Part shown: positions 1-8,935 of the stretch, one piece after another
How positions within the stretch are numbered: the first letter of the stretch is position 1
How the letters are laid out: each line of letters starts with the position of its first letter
Origin: an uncultured archaeon
GTDB lineage: Archaea > Altiarchaeota > Altiarchaeia > IMC4 > SCGC-AAA252-I15
Reading direction: 5' to 3'
Assembly: GCA_964587725.1 (NCBI GenBank)
Contig: CAZPLO010000020.1
Span: 1-23,243 of the forward strand
Length of the DNA stretch: 23,243 nt
The notes under the pieces: generated by a model
Databases searched by the model: none
What the model was told of the DNA's origin: nothing
Seen by the model: only the letters and a program-made list of their open reading frames with translations
Program-made: the position numbers and the translations under genes

Positions 1-501
1 GTGAAATACGGGCTAGCCGACGTCGGGGCGGGATTGTCTCCGCAGCAGCAGAGGGTGAAGGAAGACGTCATAGCCGGCAGATACGACGTATTAATGTATA
101 CGCCCCGGTCGTGGGTGACGACGTCCGCGATACTGGCGGAGCTGCCTGAAGAAACGCTGCGCCAGTACTGTGAGGTGGCGGTGCCGGACTTCAGCTACCT
201 CGGGGACGGGCGAACACATTCCATAGTCATATACGCTAACAGGAGCAGGTGCGCATCCGTTGTGGAGGCGATGGCGTCACACTACGGTGAACTACTGCCT
301 GAACTGTGTGAGAAAAGCGAGGAGGCCGCGTATGTGGTGCGGAACATCATGGCAAGGAACAAGGTATACTACCGGCAGGAATGTTCTTCCGGAGCGGAGG
401 TTGGGAGAGACGACGTATACGAGCCCAGGCTGGGGGATTTAGGGGGTTTCCTCGCGTTAGCGGCTGTTCTGCACCTGCTCACTGCCAGGAACATTGTCTG
501 A
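1..501 (+). CDS. C-terminal part of a hypothetical protein with a C-terminal hydrophobic segment (5' end outside window)
   Basis: Frame is open from base 1 to TGA at 499-501 and ends in hydrophobic LGGFLALAAVLHLL. No family motif recognised. Confidence 0.6.
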   Translation: MKYGLADVGAGLSPQQQRVKEDVIAGRYDVLMYTPRSWVTTSAILAELPEETLRQYCEVAVPDFSYLGDGRTHSIVIYANRSRCASVVEAMASHYGELLPELCEKSEEAAYVVRNIMARNKVYYRQECSSGAEVGRDDVYEPRLGDLGGFLALAAVLHLLTARNIV

Positions 502-619
502 AAACCTGCTACTTTCTGCCTGAAACGGGGGTGGTTAAGTATTTGTGCGGTGTCTGTGATACTTTAACACACATCACCTACTGGGGGGAAGTGAGACGAG
601 AAAGAAAAACCAGCCATAT

Positions 620-648
620 GCGGCGGAGCCTGAATAGGGCTCCGCCGC
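620..648 (-). terminator. GC-rich stem-loop downstream of pdaD, probable terminator
   Basis: Perfect 11-bp stem GCGGCGGAGCC-N7-GGCTCCGCCGC, 8 nt after the pdaD stop. Followed on the minus strand by GTTTTTCTTTCT. Confidence 0.6.
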
Positions 649-656
649 CCCCTCCA

Positions 657-1109
657 CTACTGCGTGTAGATGAGGGCCGCCAACACCGTACCGTATTCTC
701 TTTCGTTGGTCTGCGATACTACGCGGGTTTTCATGTCACGCGCTTCCATGCCGCGGGCGTCGGCCATGTCCGCCAACTTATCCAACAGGTTCCGCTCCAG
801 CGTCTCCTCGTCGTAGTTGCCGCTGTCTTCTGCGACGATGCCGTAGTCGTCCAACACAGCCCACCCGATGCCCGCCGACACGGTCTCGCCTTTGACGCCG
901 TCCTCACGCGCCAATACGCAGTGGGTGATGGTGCCTGCGGGGAAGTCGATGGGCTCTATCTCCACCGCGTTCTCCGGCAGTATGCTGCTCACGTGCACGA
1001 GGTTGCATTGGGCGATGCCCGCGTCCATCAGCGCGCGGTCGAATCCGTTCAAACGTGAAGTGTCGGATTCCCCGCGGCCGGAGACTATGAAATATCTGGT
1101 GTAACGCAT
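657..1109 (-). CDS. pdaD: Pyruvoyl-dependent arginine decarboxylase (PvlArgDC)
   Basis: LNGFDRALMDAGIAQCNLVHVSSILP motif with the Ser-Ser autocleavage site; 150 aa. Confidence 0.92.
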   Translation of the reverse strand: MRYTRYFIVSGRGESDTSRLNGFDRALMDAGIAQCNLVHVSSILPENAVEIEPIDFPAGTITHCVLAREDGVKGETVSAGIGWAVLDDYGIVAEDSGNYDEETLERNLLDKLADMADARGMEARDMKTRVVSQTNEREYGTVLAALIYTQ

Positions 1110-1140
1110 ACACTATCATATGTGCTGTAGAATAAAACCT

Positions 1141-3363
1141 TTAATCGCTGAACTCGAAGACGGTGCCGTTCAGCTCGAGTACGCCGGCTGTGAAGTTCAG
1201 TATCTTCCCGAGGTTGTAGATGGTGTTGTTGCGGAGCCGGAGCGTGTTCTCAACCGTTATTTTGCCGGTGCTCGACGGTATGAAGCTGCTGTCATTACAT
1301 GCAGTCAGCTGCGTTATAACCCAGTCGCCGCCGCTGCCTATGCCCGGCGGACTGTCGCCTGTGCATGAGGGGACGCCGCTCACCCTCGGACCGCTCTGCA
1401 GCGAAGAGGAAACGGTGGTGTTGTATGTGCGGTTGTCGTCCGCCGTTATGCGGTAGCTGTGTGTTCCCTCCGCCAGCGTGAGGTTGCGGTAGAATACTCT
1501 CCCGTCCGAGTAGACTTCATCCGATTCCGCCGCCGCCATCGCGTACACTGTCCCGTCCAAGGTGAGGTTCACGCTGTCTTCGGCGTCCCCGTCCAGGTCG
1601 GTGAAGTTCACGGTGAAGTTGTACAGGTCCGTGGTTTCGCCGATGGACGGCGTCACCGCCACCTGATACAGGGCGGGTCGGACGGTCGCCACCAGGTTGG
1701 TATGTATCGCATCCGAGTCGTTGAGGAACCCGTCCGAGGCCGTGAAATTGTATTCGTAGTTTCCTTTGGCCAAGTAGAGGCTGCGGTAGTATCGTTTCCC
1801 GTCGGTCTTGTCCGCGTCCCCCGAATCCGCTTCAGACATACTGTATCCTGTGCCGTTCACCGTAACAACAATACTGTCGGGGGTGTTGTTCTCGGCGTCC
1901 GTGTAGGTTACGTTGAAGGTGAACGGGGTGTCGTTTACGTACTCCTCCGCCGACACGTTACCGTCCGACAGTGAAGGGGCGGTGTTCGATATGTTCAGCA
2001 GGCTATTCCACACGTCAATCCTCGGTTTCGTCACATCTCTCGTAACCTGTTTCCCGCTGTCGTTGAACAACGTGTTGATCTCCTCCCGCGTCAGACGCTG
2101 CCCTGTCCGGTCGCGGTTGAACTGCTGTATGACCGCGGCGGCTCCGGCGACGTGGGGGCACGCCATCGACGTCCCGCCTTTGCTGACGAAGGCTGTGTCG
2201 CTGTTGTATGCGGTCGAGTATATGTCGAACCCCGGCGCCCACACGTCCAGGAAGCTGGGGCGGTTGCTGATGCATATGACCTTGTCTATGTCGTGTTGGA
2301 CGGAGTTGTCGCTGCAGCTGCTCCACCCCACGCCGCCTCCGTCGTAGTCGTATACTGCGCCCACGGAGGTGCAGTTGCGGTGGCATGCGGGCGCGCTCAT
2401 CCGGTCCGTGTAGGCTTCGTTTCCGGATGCGGCGACAACGTATATGCCGGCGTCGGTGGCTGCGTTTATGGCGTCGCGTTCCGCCTGAACCCACGCAGCC
2501 TCTCCACCGCCGTCGCAGTGGCTGTAAAATTTAGTGTTTGACCCCAAACTCATGCTTATGACCGTAATATTGTATGTGTCGGCGTTGGTGGTGCACCACT
2601 GTATGGCGGAGGTCACGTCCCCCATCGACCCGGTTCCATCGTACGCGAGAACCTTCATGGCTATGAGGTTCGCGTCCGGCGCCACGCCCTTCCACGTAGT
2701 GTGCGTTGACGCCACGATGCCGGCGCAGTGTGTGCCGTGGCCGTGGTCGTCGTTGGGGTTGCTGTCGCCGTTGACGTAGTCGTAGCCGCCCAACACCTTG
2801 TTGCCCCAGCCGTCGCCCAAATAATCGTGGGTGTACCGGATGCCCGTGTCTATTATGCAGACGGTTTCGTCCCGGCCGGTGAAGTTCCTGCCCAGATAGT
2901 ATTTGTTCCACGGCAGGGTGCCGTTTATGAGGGGTACGCTCTCGTCCAAGGCAATCGAAACCGGTTCGTCCAGTGAAACCGCCTCTACACGCGGGTCGTC
3001 CAACAGCTTCAGCAGGCCCTCGCGTGTCACGTTGCCTGCGAGCGCGTTGAAGGTCTGATACTGGTATTTCACCCGGAAGTCAGAGTCCAGGCGGGATAGT
3101 ACGCCGGATTGCACGCGCCCGAAGCTTTTTCTCTTAACATCCAGTTTCTCGGTGCGCTTCCACCGCACGCTCATGTCCGCTTCCTCCACGGCCGCTAGTT
3201 TCATGCCGAGGTCCGGCTCGTCCTTTAACGTGACGATGACGCGGACTGATTCGCCAGGCTGAAGGGACTCTACCTCGTCGGCGAGTGATTCTGTGACGGA
3301 AGCCTGGGCTACAGTGTGTGCCGAAAGCAGCAGTATGATGAATAATGTATGGGGGGTGTTCAT
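1141..3363 (-). CDS. Secreted subtilisin-like serine protease (S8) with I9-type propeptide and two C-terminal Ig-like repeats
   Basis: Signal peptide; catalytic motifs IIDTG, HGHGTHCAG, oxyanion AASGN and GTSMACPHVAG; two similar ~85-aa beta repeats (FNVTYTDAE / FTVNFTDLD). ATG at 3363, TTG at 3366. Confidence 0.93.
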   Translation of the reverse strand: MNTPHTLFIILLLSAHTVAQASVTESLADEVESLQPGESVRVIVTLKDEPDLGMKLAAVEEADMSVRWKRTEKLDVKRKSFGRVQSGVLSRLDSDFRVKYQYQTFNALAGNVTREGLLKLLDDPRVEAVSLDEPVSIALDESVPLINGTLPWNKYYLGRNFTGRDETVCIIDTGIRYTHDYLGDGWGNKVLGGYDYVNGDSNPNDDHGHGTHCAGIVASTHTTWKGVAPDANLIAMKVLAYDGTGSMGDVTSAIQWCTTNADTYNITVISMSLGSNTKFYSHCDGGGEAAWVQAERDAINAATDAGIYVVAASGNEAYTDRMSAPACHRNCTSVGAVYDYDGGGVGWSSCSDNSVQHDIDKVICISNRPSFLDVWAPGFDIYSTAYNSDTAFVSKGGTSMACPHVAGAAAVIQQFNRDRTGQRLTREEINTLFNDSGKQVTRDVTKPRIDVWNSLLNISNTAPSLSDGNVSAEEYVNDTPFTFNVTYTDAENNTPDSIVVTVNGTGYSMSEADSGDADKTDGKRYYRSLYLAKGNYEYNFTASDGFLNDSDAIHTNLVATVRPALYQVAVTPSIGETTDLYNFTVNFTDLDGDAEDSVNLTLDGTVYAMAAAESDEVYSDGRVFYRNLTLAEGTHSYRITADDNRTYNTTVSSSLQSGPRVSGVPSCTGDSPPGIGSGGDWVITQLTACNDSSFIPSSTGKITVENTLRLRNNTIYNLGKILNFTAGVLELNGTVFEFSD

Positions 3364-3391
3364 CAAGGAAATATTATGAATCAGGCGGTTA

Positions 3392-3643
3392 TTATACGCC
3401 CGCCGGCAGCCGGCGGCTCTGGAATTCGTGGACGAAGAACTGGTCCAGGGTCTCCCGGATCTTAGACGGGGTTTTCAGTAGCGGGTGCTTGGGGTTGAAC
3501 TGCCGATGCAGGTCCCGAGCGTCTATGACGCTGCCGTTCCGCAGCTTCACGGCCTTCAGCTGCATCCGGTCGTCGAGTATGTACTCGACGATGTCGTGGC
3601 TGAACCGCACATCCCCTCCGTCGTCAGTCAGAATCTTACTCAT
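3392..3643 (-). CDS. Hypothetical protein (83 aa)
   Basis: ATG-started ORF filling the gap, with an AT-rich TATA-like element (TTTTTATAT on minus, ~3669-3677) upstream. No motif recognised. Confidence 0.55.
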   Translation of the reverse strand: MSKILTDDGGDVRFSHDIVEYILDDRMQLKAVKLRNGSVIDARDLHRQFNPKHPLLKTPSKIRETLDQFFVHEFQSRRLPAGV

Positions 3644-3849
3644 TTCTCATATAATATGTGATACCATCATATAAAAAGGTTGGGGTTTCAGCTGGAACAC
3701 AGGTTATCCGGCAGTTTTCCCTCACTCTACCTCCCATGATTTATAAGTAACCGCCTCTTATCTAATGTCTTTCAGAGGTTACCGCCCTAGAAGACAGTAT
3801 TTATAGCTCCCTGATTCCATAGGGTAAACGGGGGTATGGTTGGTTTGGG

Positions 3850-4386
3850 ATGACTATGGACGCTCGCGCTGAAAACCGGAAAAAGCTGGTAGACTACCTG
3901 GTAGCCAACGTTCCTAAACTGACGAAGTTCACGTTGAACAAGATGGCCTATGCTGTGGAGGTAGGATATTTCCTGCGCCACCAAAGACGCCTCACCGACA
4001 TCCCCTATGTATTCGACCACTATGGACCATATTCCCCCATGGTGCATGAAACCGCCGAGGAATCCAACACCATCGAAGTCAAAGAAGGAGTGACCGTCGG
4101 AGGCATGGAGTTCACCGGCTACGACCACGTTGACGAGAGGAAAAAGATTAAATTACCGGAAGACGTGAGGGAGGTGGCTGATGAGGTCATCTCAGAATTC
4201 GGCTGCATGTCCCCGAAGCAGCGTGCAGAAGCCTTAAGGGACTTCGTGTACTCTACGTCGCCGCTTACCAAAACCGAGAAATACCAGGAAATAGACTTCA
4301 ACCACCTCAAACCCAAATACAAGGTCGACCCTGGCATCCGCGAGGCCAGGAAAAAACTGGCTGAAAAGATAATGACCGCTCAGTAG
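3850..4386 (+). CDS. Panacea (DUF4065/SocA-like) antitoxin-domain protein
   Basis: LTKFTLNKMAY...YFLRHQRRLT...YVFDHYGPYS matches the L-x-K-x-x-Y...GP signature of DUF4065. Confidence 0.75.
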   Translation: MTMDARAENRKKLVDYLVANVPKLTKFTLNKMAYAVEVGYFLRHQRRLTDIPYVFDHYGPYSPMVHETAEESNTIEVKEGVTVGGMEFTGYDHVDERKKIKLPEDVREVADEVISEFGCMSPKQRAEALRDFVYSTSPLTKTEKYQEIDFNHLKPKYKVDPGIREARKKLAEKIMTAQ

Positions 4387-4805
4387 AAGTCGCTCGGGTA
4401 TCCGACGTCGATGAGGTCTTCGACGGCCTCATAGTCTTTCCTGTTGTATGTTACAAGCTTCGCCTTATGTGCTAAAGCGAATGCTGCGTGGGTTGCGTCG
4501 CCTCTGTGCACGCCGCGGCCGCGCATCACCCTCTCCTTTCCAGTCACCTCCGGTGTGACAGGCAGCACCCGGTATTCGACGCCGACGCCGTCCAAATACA
4601 TTTCAACGTCTTCCCGGCTGAGCCTGAACTTCCTCCGCAACTCACCCAACACCTTCTCGGATACGAGGATTTTATGCCCATTCTCTCTGCAGAACTGGAA
4701 GAACTGGCCCACTTCAACGTCGCGGACCTGGTAGGTTATCCCCGTCCTGCAGAATTCAGCGTTGCTGTAACCGACGATGGTGTCGCTGTCGAGGGTGAAA
4801 TTCAT
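4380..4805 (-). CDS. PIN-domain (VapC-like) ribonuclease toxin
   Basis: Acidic PIN motifs FTLDSD, VLGEL, GDATHAAFA and LVTYNRKDY. Confidence 0.85.
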   Translation of the reverse strand: MNFTLDSDTIVGYSNAEFCRTGITYQVRDVEVGQFFQFCRENGHKILVSEKVLGELRRKFRLSREDVEMYLDGVGVEYRVLPVTPEVTGKERVMRGRGVHRGDATHAAFALAHKAKLVTYNRKDYEAVEDLIDVGYPSDFY

Positions 4806-4846
4806 CGCTTTTCCTATCTGATGAACGCCAAACCTATTTATGAATC

Positions 4847-5023
4847 TCAGATACCATCTGCTGCCGCCAGCCTACCCTAATCAACCAACTCACTGGTTAT
4901 TTCCACCACCAGTTCGAGGTCCAGCCCCAGCTCATCCGCTGCCTCGTCCGGGTAGGCCTCCTCTTTTCCCCGTTTGAAGTAGTCTAGAATCCGTTCTTTG
5001 GCTTTTCCGGCGTACGTCATCAT
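4847..5023 (-). pseudogene. Small winged-HTH protein (candidate antitoxin of the downstream PIN) with an apparent premature TAG at 4877-4879
   Basis: Not in the ORF track. Manual translation: MMTYAGKAKERILDYFKRGKEEAYPDEAADELGLDLELVVEITSELVD*GRLAAADGI*. TTATATA box at 5044-5050 upstream. Could instead be an intact 48-aa gene. Confidence 0.6.
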
Positions 5024-5105
5024 GTAATGTTCCAGTTTCCACGTATATAACGGTTGTGTGAGATGCGGAACCTTTAAAATACTGTACGCCCATACTATTG
5101 AGTCT

Positions 5106-5639
5106 ATGATTCACGAGACAGCCGTGGTTTCAGACGACGCTGAAGTAGGGGATGGGACGAGGATATGGCACCACGCCCAAATCAGGGAAGGCGCCGTATT
5201 GGGGAAAAACTGCAGCATCGGCAAGAACGTCTACATCGGCGAGGGCGTGAAGATAGGTTCTGGGGTTAAGATACAGAACAACGCCTGCGTATACAGCGGC
5301 GTCACAATCGAAGACGACGTGTTCATAGGGCCGGGGGTGTGCTTCACCAACGACATGTACCCGCGCGCCAAACTCTGGAGCGAAGACCGTAAAAGGGAGA
5401 CGACGGTGAAAAAAGGCGCATCAGTAGGGGCGAACTCCACCGTCATATGCGGCGTCGACATAGGGGCGCACGCGATGATAGGGGCGGGTTCGGTGGTGAC
5501 GAAGGACGTCCCCGACCACGCGCTGGTATACGGTAACCCGGCTGAAATACACGGTTACGTGTGCGAGTGCGGGTGCAAGCTGGAGCGGAAGGATGAAGGC
5601 TGCGTGTGCCCGGAATGCGGAGTTGAGATAAAAGCATGA
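5106..5639 (+). CDS. wbpD: Hexapeptide-repeat N-acetyltransferase, WbpD/WlbB-like, with C-terminal Zn-ribbon
   Basis: IHETAVV...[13 protein letters not shown]...VKIQNN...FTNDMYPR...GNPA, ending CECG...CPECG. ATG at 5106 preferred over 5058. Confidence 0.85.
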   Translation: MIHETAVVSDDAEVGDGTRIWHHAQIREGAVLGKNCSIGKNVYIGEGVKIGSGVKIQNNACVYSGVTIEDDVFIGPGVCFTNDMYPRAKLWSEDRKRETTVKKGASVGANSTVICGVDIGAHAMIGAGSVVTKDVPDHALVYGNPAEIHGYVCECGCKLERKDEGCVCPECGVEIKA

Positions 5640-6700
5640 TACCTATTGCCTCACCCGACATCGGAGACGAAGAAAAAAACGCCGTATTGGATGTTTTGGA
5701 CTCCGGCGTCATAGCCGCAGGCCCCAAAGTAAAGGAGTTCGAGGAACGGTTTGCAGACTACATAGGAGTGGAACACGCGGTTGCGGTGTCATCCGGCACC
5801 GCCGCACTGCACGTTGCGCTGCTGGCCCACGGCATCGGCTCCGGAGACGAAGTGATTACGTCGCCGTTCACGTTCATCGCGTCAGCCAACAGCGTACTGT
5901 TCACCGGCGCCCGTCCCGTGTTCGCGGACATAGACGAAACATACAACCTCGACCCCGGCCGGGTGGCGGAGCAGATAACCAAAGAGACGAAGGCGATAAT
6001 GCCGGTGCATCTGTACGGGCAGCCGGCTGAGATGAAGGCGCTGACGGAACTGGCGGTCGACCACGACCTGATCGTGATAGAGGATGCGTGCCAGGCCCAC
6101 GGAGCAGAATACGATGGGAGAAAAGTGGGCTCGTTCGGCTGCGGGTGCTTCAGTTTTTACCCGACAAAAAACATGACGTCCGCGGAAGGCGGGATGATTA
6201 CGACACACGACAGTGAAGTGGATGAGAGGGCGCGGGCGATACGGCAGCACGGGATGAAACGCAGATACTACCACGAGATGCTCGGCTACAACCTCCGCAT
6301 GACGGACGTCCACGCAGCCATCGGCGTCGAACAGCTGAAGAAGCTGGACCAATACAATGAGCGGCGGATTACGAATGCACTGTATCTGAGCAAGAAAATA
6401 ACAAACAAAGACTTCAACCTCCCTATACTGTGCGGCAACTGCAGGCACGTGTTCCACCAGTACACGGTACGTCACCCGGACCGTGAGACGGTTGTGGAGG
6501 CGCTGAAGGAGAACGACATAGGATACGGCATCTACTATCCCGTGCCGGTGCATAAGCAGCCGTATTATGTGGGGCTGGGTTATGACGCCGACTGTCCCGT
6601 GGCAGAACAAGTCGCGGACGAGGTGGTGTCGCTGCCGATACACCCCAAGGTTTCGGAAGACGACCTCGGATTTATAGCGGGGGTCTTGAATAGGTTATGA
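5636..6700 (+). CDS. wbpE: DegT/DnrJ/EryC1/StrS PLP aminotransferase, WbpE-like
   Basis: [29 protein letters not shown] (PLP Lys), EGG, GYNLR. 4-nt overlap with the upstream gene. Confidence 0.85.
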   Translation: MIPIASPDIGDEEKNAVLDVLDSGVIAAGPKVKEFEERFADYIGVEHAVAVSSGTAALHVALLAHGIGSGDEVITSPFTFIASANSVLFTGARPVFADIDETYNLDPGRVAEQITKETKAIMPVHLYGQPAEMKALTELAVDHDLIVIEDACQAHGAEYDGRKVGSFGCGCFSFYPTKNMTSAEGGMITTHDSEVDERARAIRQHGMKRRYYHEMLGYNLRMTDVHAAIGVEQLKKLDQYNERRITNALYLSKKITNKDFNLPILCGNCRHVFHQYTVRHPDRETVVEALKENDIGYGIYYPVPVHKQPYYVGLGYDADCPVAEQVADEVVSLPIHPKVSEDDLGFIAGVLNRL

Positions 6701-7701
6701 TGGAGTCGTTGAAGGCCGCTGTCATAGGGGTGGGGGCGATGGGCCGCAACCACTGCCGAGTCTACAATGAACTGAACAATGTTGAACTGGCGGGGGTGTG
6801 TGACCTGGACAAACGACTCTCAAAAAACACCGGCCGCGACTTCAAGGCGAAATCCTACACGGACTTCAACAAGATGCTGTCGGATTCGAAGCCGGACCTC
6901 GTGTCCGTGGCCGTGCCGACGCAGAACCACCGGGAGGTCGCCTTAGCCTGCATAGAGGCCGGCGCCGCCGTGCTGGTGGAGAAGCCCGTAGCGGATTCCG
7001 TAGAAAACGCCGGAGCCATAATCAAGGCCGCATCCGACGCGGAGGTGAAACTGATGGTCGGCCACATCGAAAGATTCAACCCCGCTGTGCAGGAGCTGAA
7101 ACGGAGGGTGCAGGAGCGTGAACTGGGGCGCATCTTCACCGTCCACGCCACCCGGGTGGGGCCCTTCCCACACAGAATCCGGGACGTCGGCGTGGTCATA
7201 GACCTGGCGGTCCACGACATAGACGTCATGCGCTACATAACAGAGTCCGAGGTGAAAAGGGTTTACGCGGAGACCGAGAAACGGATTCACACCAGCTGCG
7301 AAGACATGCTCAGCGGCCTGCTGAAATTCAACAACGGCGTCGTCGGCGTGTTGGACGTGAACTGGCTCACCCCCGAAAAAATACGGGAACTGAAGGTGAC
7401 CGGAGAGAAGGGGATGTTCCACGTCGACTACATCAGCCAGGAACTCCTGTTCTACGAGAACAGGGACGCCAACGGCAAGGAATACAACTACCAGGACATA
7501 CTCATGGGCGTCACCGAAGGGGACATAACCCAGGTGCGGATACAGAAGAAGGAGCCGCTGAAGGCGGAGCTGGAGAGCTTCGCGGAATGCGTGATGAAAG
7601 ACCAAGAGCCGGGGGTCACCGGGGAAGACGGGCTGCGTTCGCTGGAGATTGCATTGTCGATAGCCGAGGCGGCGGCGAAAAACAGGGTGATGGTGTTGTG
7701 A
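6697..7701 (+). CDS. wbpB: Gfo/Idh/MocA oxidoreductase, probable UDP-GlcNAc(A) 3-dehydrogenase (WbpB-like)
   Basis: GVGAMG Rossmann motif, LVEKP, GHIERFNPA, DLAVHDID; operon context. Confidence 0.8.
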   Translation: MMESLKAAVIGVGAMGRNHCRVYNELNNVELAGVCDLDKRLSKNTGRDFKAKSYTDFNKMLSDSKPDLVSVAVPTQNHREVALACIEAGAAVLVEKPVADSVENAGAIIKAASDAEVKLMVGHIERFNPAVQELKRRVQERELGRIFTVHATRVGPFPHRIRDVGVVIDLAVHDIDVMRYITESEVKRVYAETEKRIHTSCEDMLSGLLKFNNGVVGVLDVNWLTPEKIRELKVTGEKGMFHVDYISQELLFYENRDANGKEYNYQDILMGVTEGDITQVRIQKKEPLKAELESFAECVMKDQEPGVTGEDGLRSLEIALSIAEAAAKNRVMVL

Positions 7702-8843
7702 AGGCGTGCATCATAGGGTTGGGCAGGGCCGGCCTGCCGCTGGCGGCGGTGATGGCCGACGCCGGCATCCAGGTGACCGGCGTCGACGTGGACGAAAAAC
7801 GCGTAGCCGACGTCGACTCGGGAGTAAACCCCATACCCGAAGAAAAGGGGCTGACGGAACTTTTGAAGCGGAAGAAGATAAAGGCGACGACGGACATCAA
7901 AGAAGCAAGGGACTGTTCAGTGTACGTGGTTATAGTGCCGTTGTTCCTGAAAGGCCATGAGCCGGACTTCACCGCACTGGATGCGGCCTTCAACGACGTC
8001 GCACTGGTGCTGACCGAAAACGATCTGGTGATACTGGAGACTACGGTGCCGCCGGGGACGACGGAAGACAGGGTGAAGAGGATACTGGACGAGCCCGCCA
8101 TCAAATACCATCTCGCCTACAGTCCGGAGCGCATCATGACCGGATACAGCATCTCACGGTTCAAAGAATTCCCGAAGGTCGTCGGGGGGGTGACGCCGGA
8201 GGCGACCGAAAAAGCGTATGGGTTCTACTCGAAATTCAACGACCAGGTGGTGAAGGTCAGGGATGCTCGTACGGCGGAGCTGGTTAAGGTGGCTGAAGGA
8301 GTCTACAGGGACGTGAACATCGCGTTAGCCAACGAACTCTACAGGGTGTGCGGTGAACTCGACATAGACTTCTGGAGTATGAGGGAGGCCGCCAACCACC
8401 GTTTTTGTAACATCCATGAGCCGGGGATGGTGGGCGGCCACTGCATCCCCGTGTACCCGTGGTTCCTCATCAACGAACACAATGTGCCGCTGATTCGGAC
8501 AGCCCGCGAAATAAACGACTCCATGGCCGACTACTACGCGGACCGGGCGGCTGAAATCGCAGGCGAAGGCGGGAAAGTAGGGGTCATAGGGTTGTCCTAC
8601 AGGGACGGGGTTCGCGAAGCCGTGCACACCCAAGCCCACAGACTCATACAGGCGCTGCGGGACCGTAAAATGGAGGTGTACGGATTGGATCCGCTGTTCA
8701 CCCACGAAGAAGTGGAGGAGCTGTTCAAGGTGAAGCCGCTTATGGATGCGGGCGGAATGGACGCGGTCATAGTAACCGGCCACGCGGACGTCGACCTCGA
8801 CCCCCGGAAGGCGGTGGACGTGAAAAACACCATCAAACCCTAG
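7698..8843 (+). CDS. Nucleotide-sugar 6-dehydrogenase (UDP-GlcNAc/ManNAc dehydrogenase, WbpA/WecC family)
   Basis: GLGRAG, ETTVPPGTT, YSPER, AELVKVAEG, GGHCIPVYP (catalytic Cys). GTG start at 7698 overlaps the upstream TGA. Confidence 0.88.
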   Translation: MKACIIGLGRAGLPLAAVMADAGIQVTGVDVDEKRVADVDSGVNPIPEEKGLTELLKRKKIKATTDIKEARDCSVYVVIVPLFLKGHEPDFTALDAAFNDVALVLTENDLVILETTVPPGTTEDRVKRILDEPAIKYHLAYSPERIMTGYSISRFKEFPKVVGGVTPEATEKAYGFYSKFNDQVVKVRDARTAELVKVAEGVYRDVNIALANELYRVCGELDIDFWSMREAANHRFCNIHEPGMVGGHCIPVYPWFLINEHNVPLIRTAREINDSMADYYADRAAEIAGEGGKVGVIGLSYRDGVREAVHTQAHRLIQALRDRKMEVYGLDPLFTHEEVEELFKVKPLMDAGGMDAVIVTGHADVDLDPRKAVDVKNTIKP

Positions 8844-8886
8844 AGTTTTCAAGAAATGCTATTTATATACTCGACCACACATATTA

Positions 8887-8934
8887 TTACCGGGATTCCC
8901 GGTAGATAAAATAGTTACCGGGATTCCCGGTAGA
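8887..8934. promoter_or_regulatory. Tandem identical palindromes (operator-like) between a TATA box and the kinase start codon
   Basis: TACCGGGA-T-TCCCGGTA at 8888-8904 and 8916-8932 (20-nt direct repeat, period 28). TTTATATA at 8862-8869; ATG at 8936. Confidence 0.75.
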
Positions 8935-8935
8935 A

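Noticed and set aside
533-568. GTTAAGT...ACTTTAAC and scattered GTTAGGC/GCCTAAC heptamers as integron attC sites
   Set aside because: The box order is inverted or the spacing is inconsistent, no repeated attC-like folds lie between genes, and there is no integron integrase in the window.
620-648. Hairpin as an archaeal SECIS element or tRNA fragment
   Set aside because: It is a simple perfect stem without the GAA/A internal loop, no neighbouring gene has an in-frame TGA, and there is no cloverleaf or T-loop.
3400-3416. Palindrome CCGCCGGC-A-GCCGGCGG upstream of the protease promoter
   Set aside because: The arms are all G/C and low-complexity, inside a coding region, so chance cannot be excluded.
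8887-8934. Repeat pair as a mini CRISPR array
   Set aside because: Only two 20-nt copies with an 8-nt spacer, and no cas genes.
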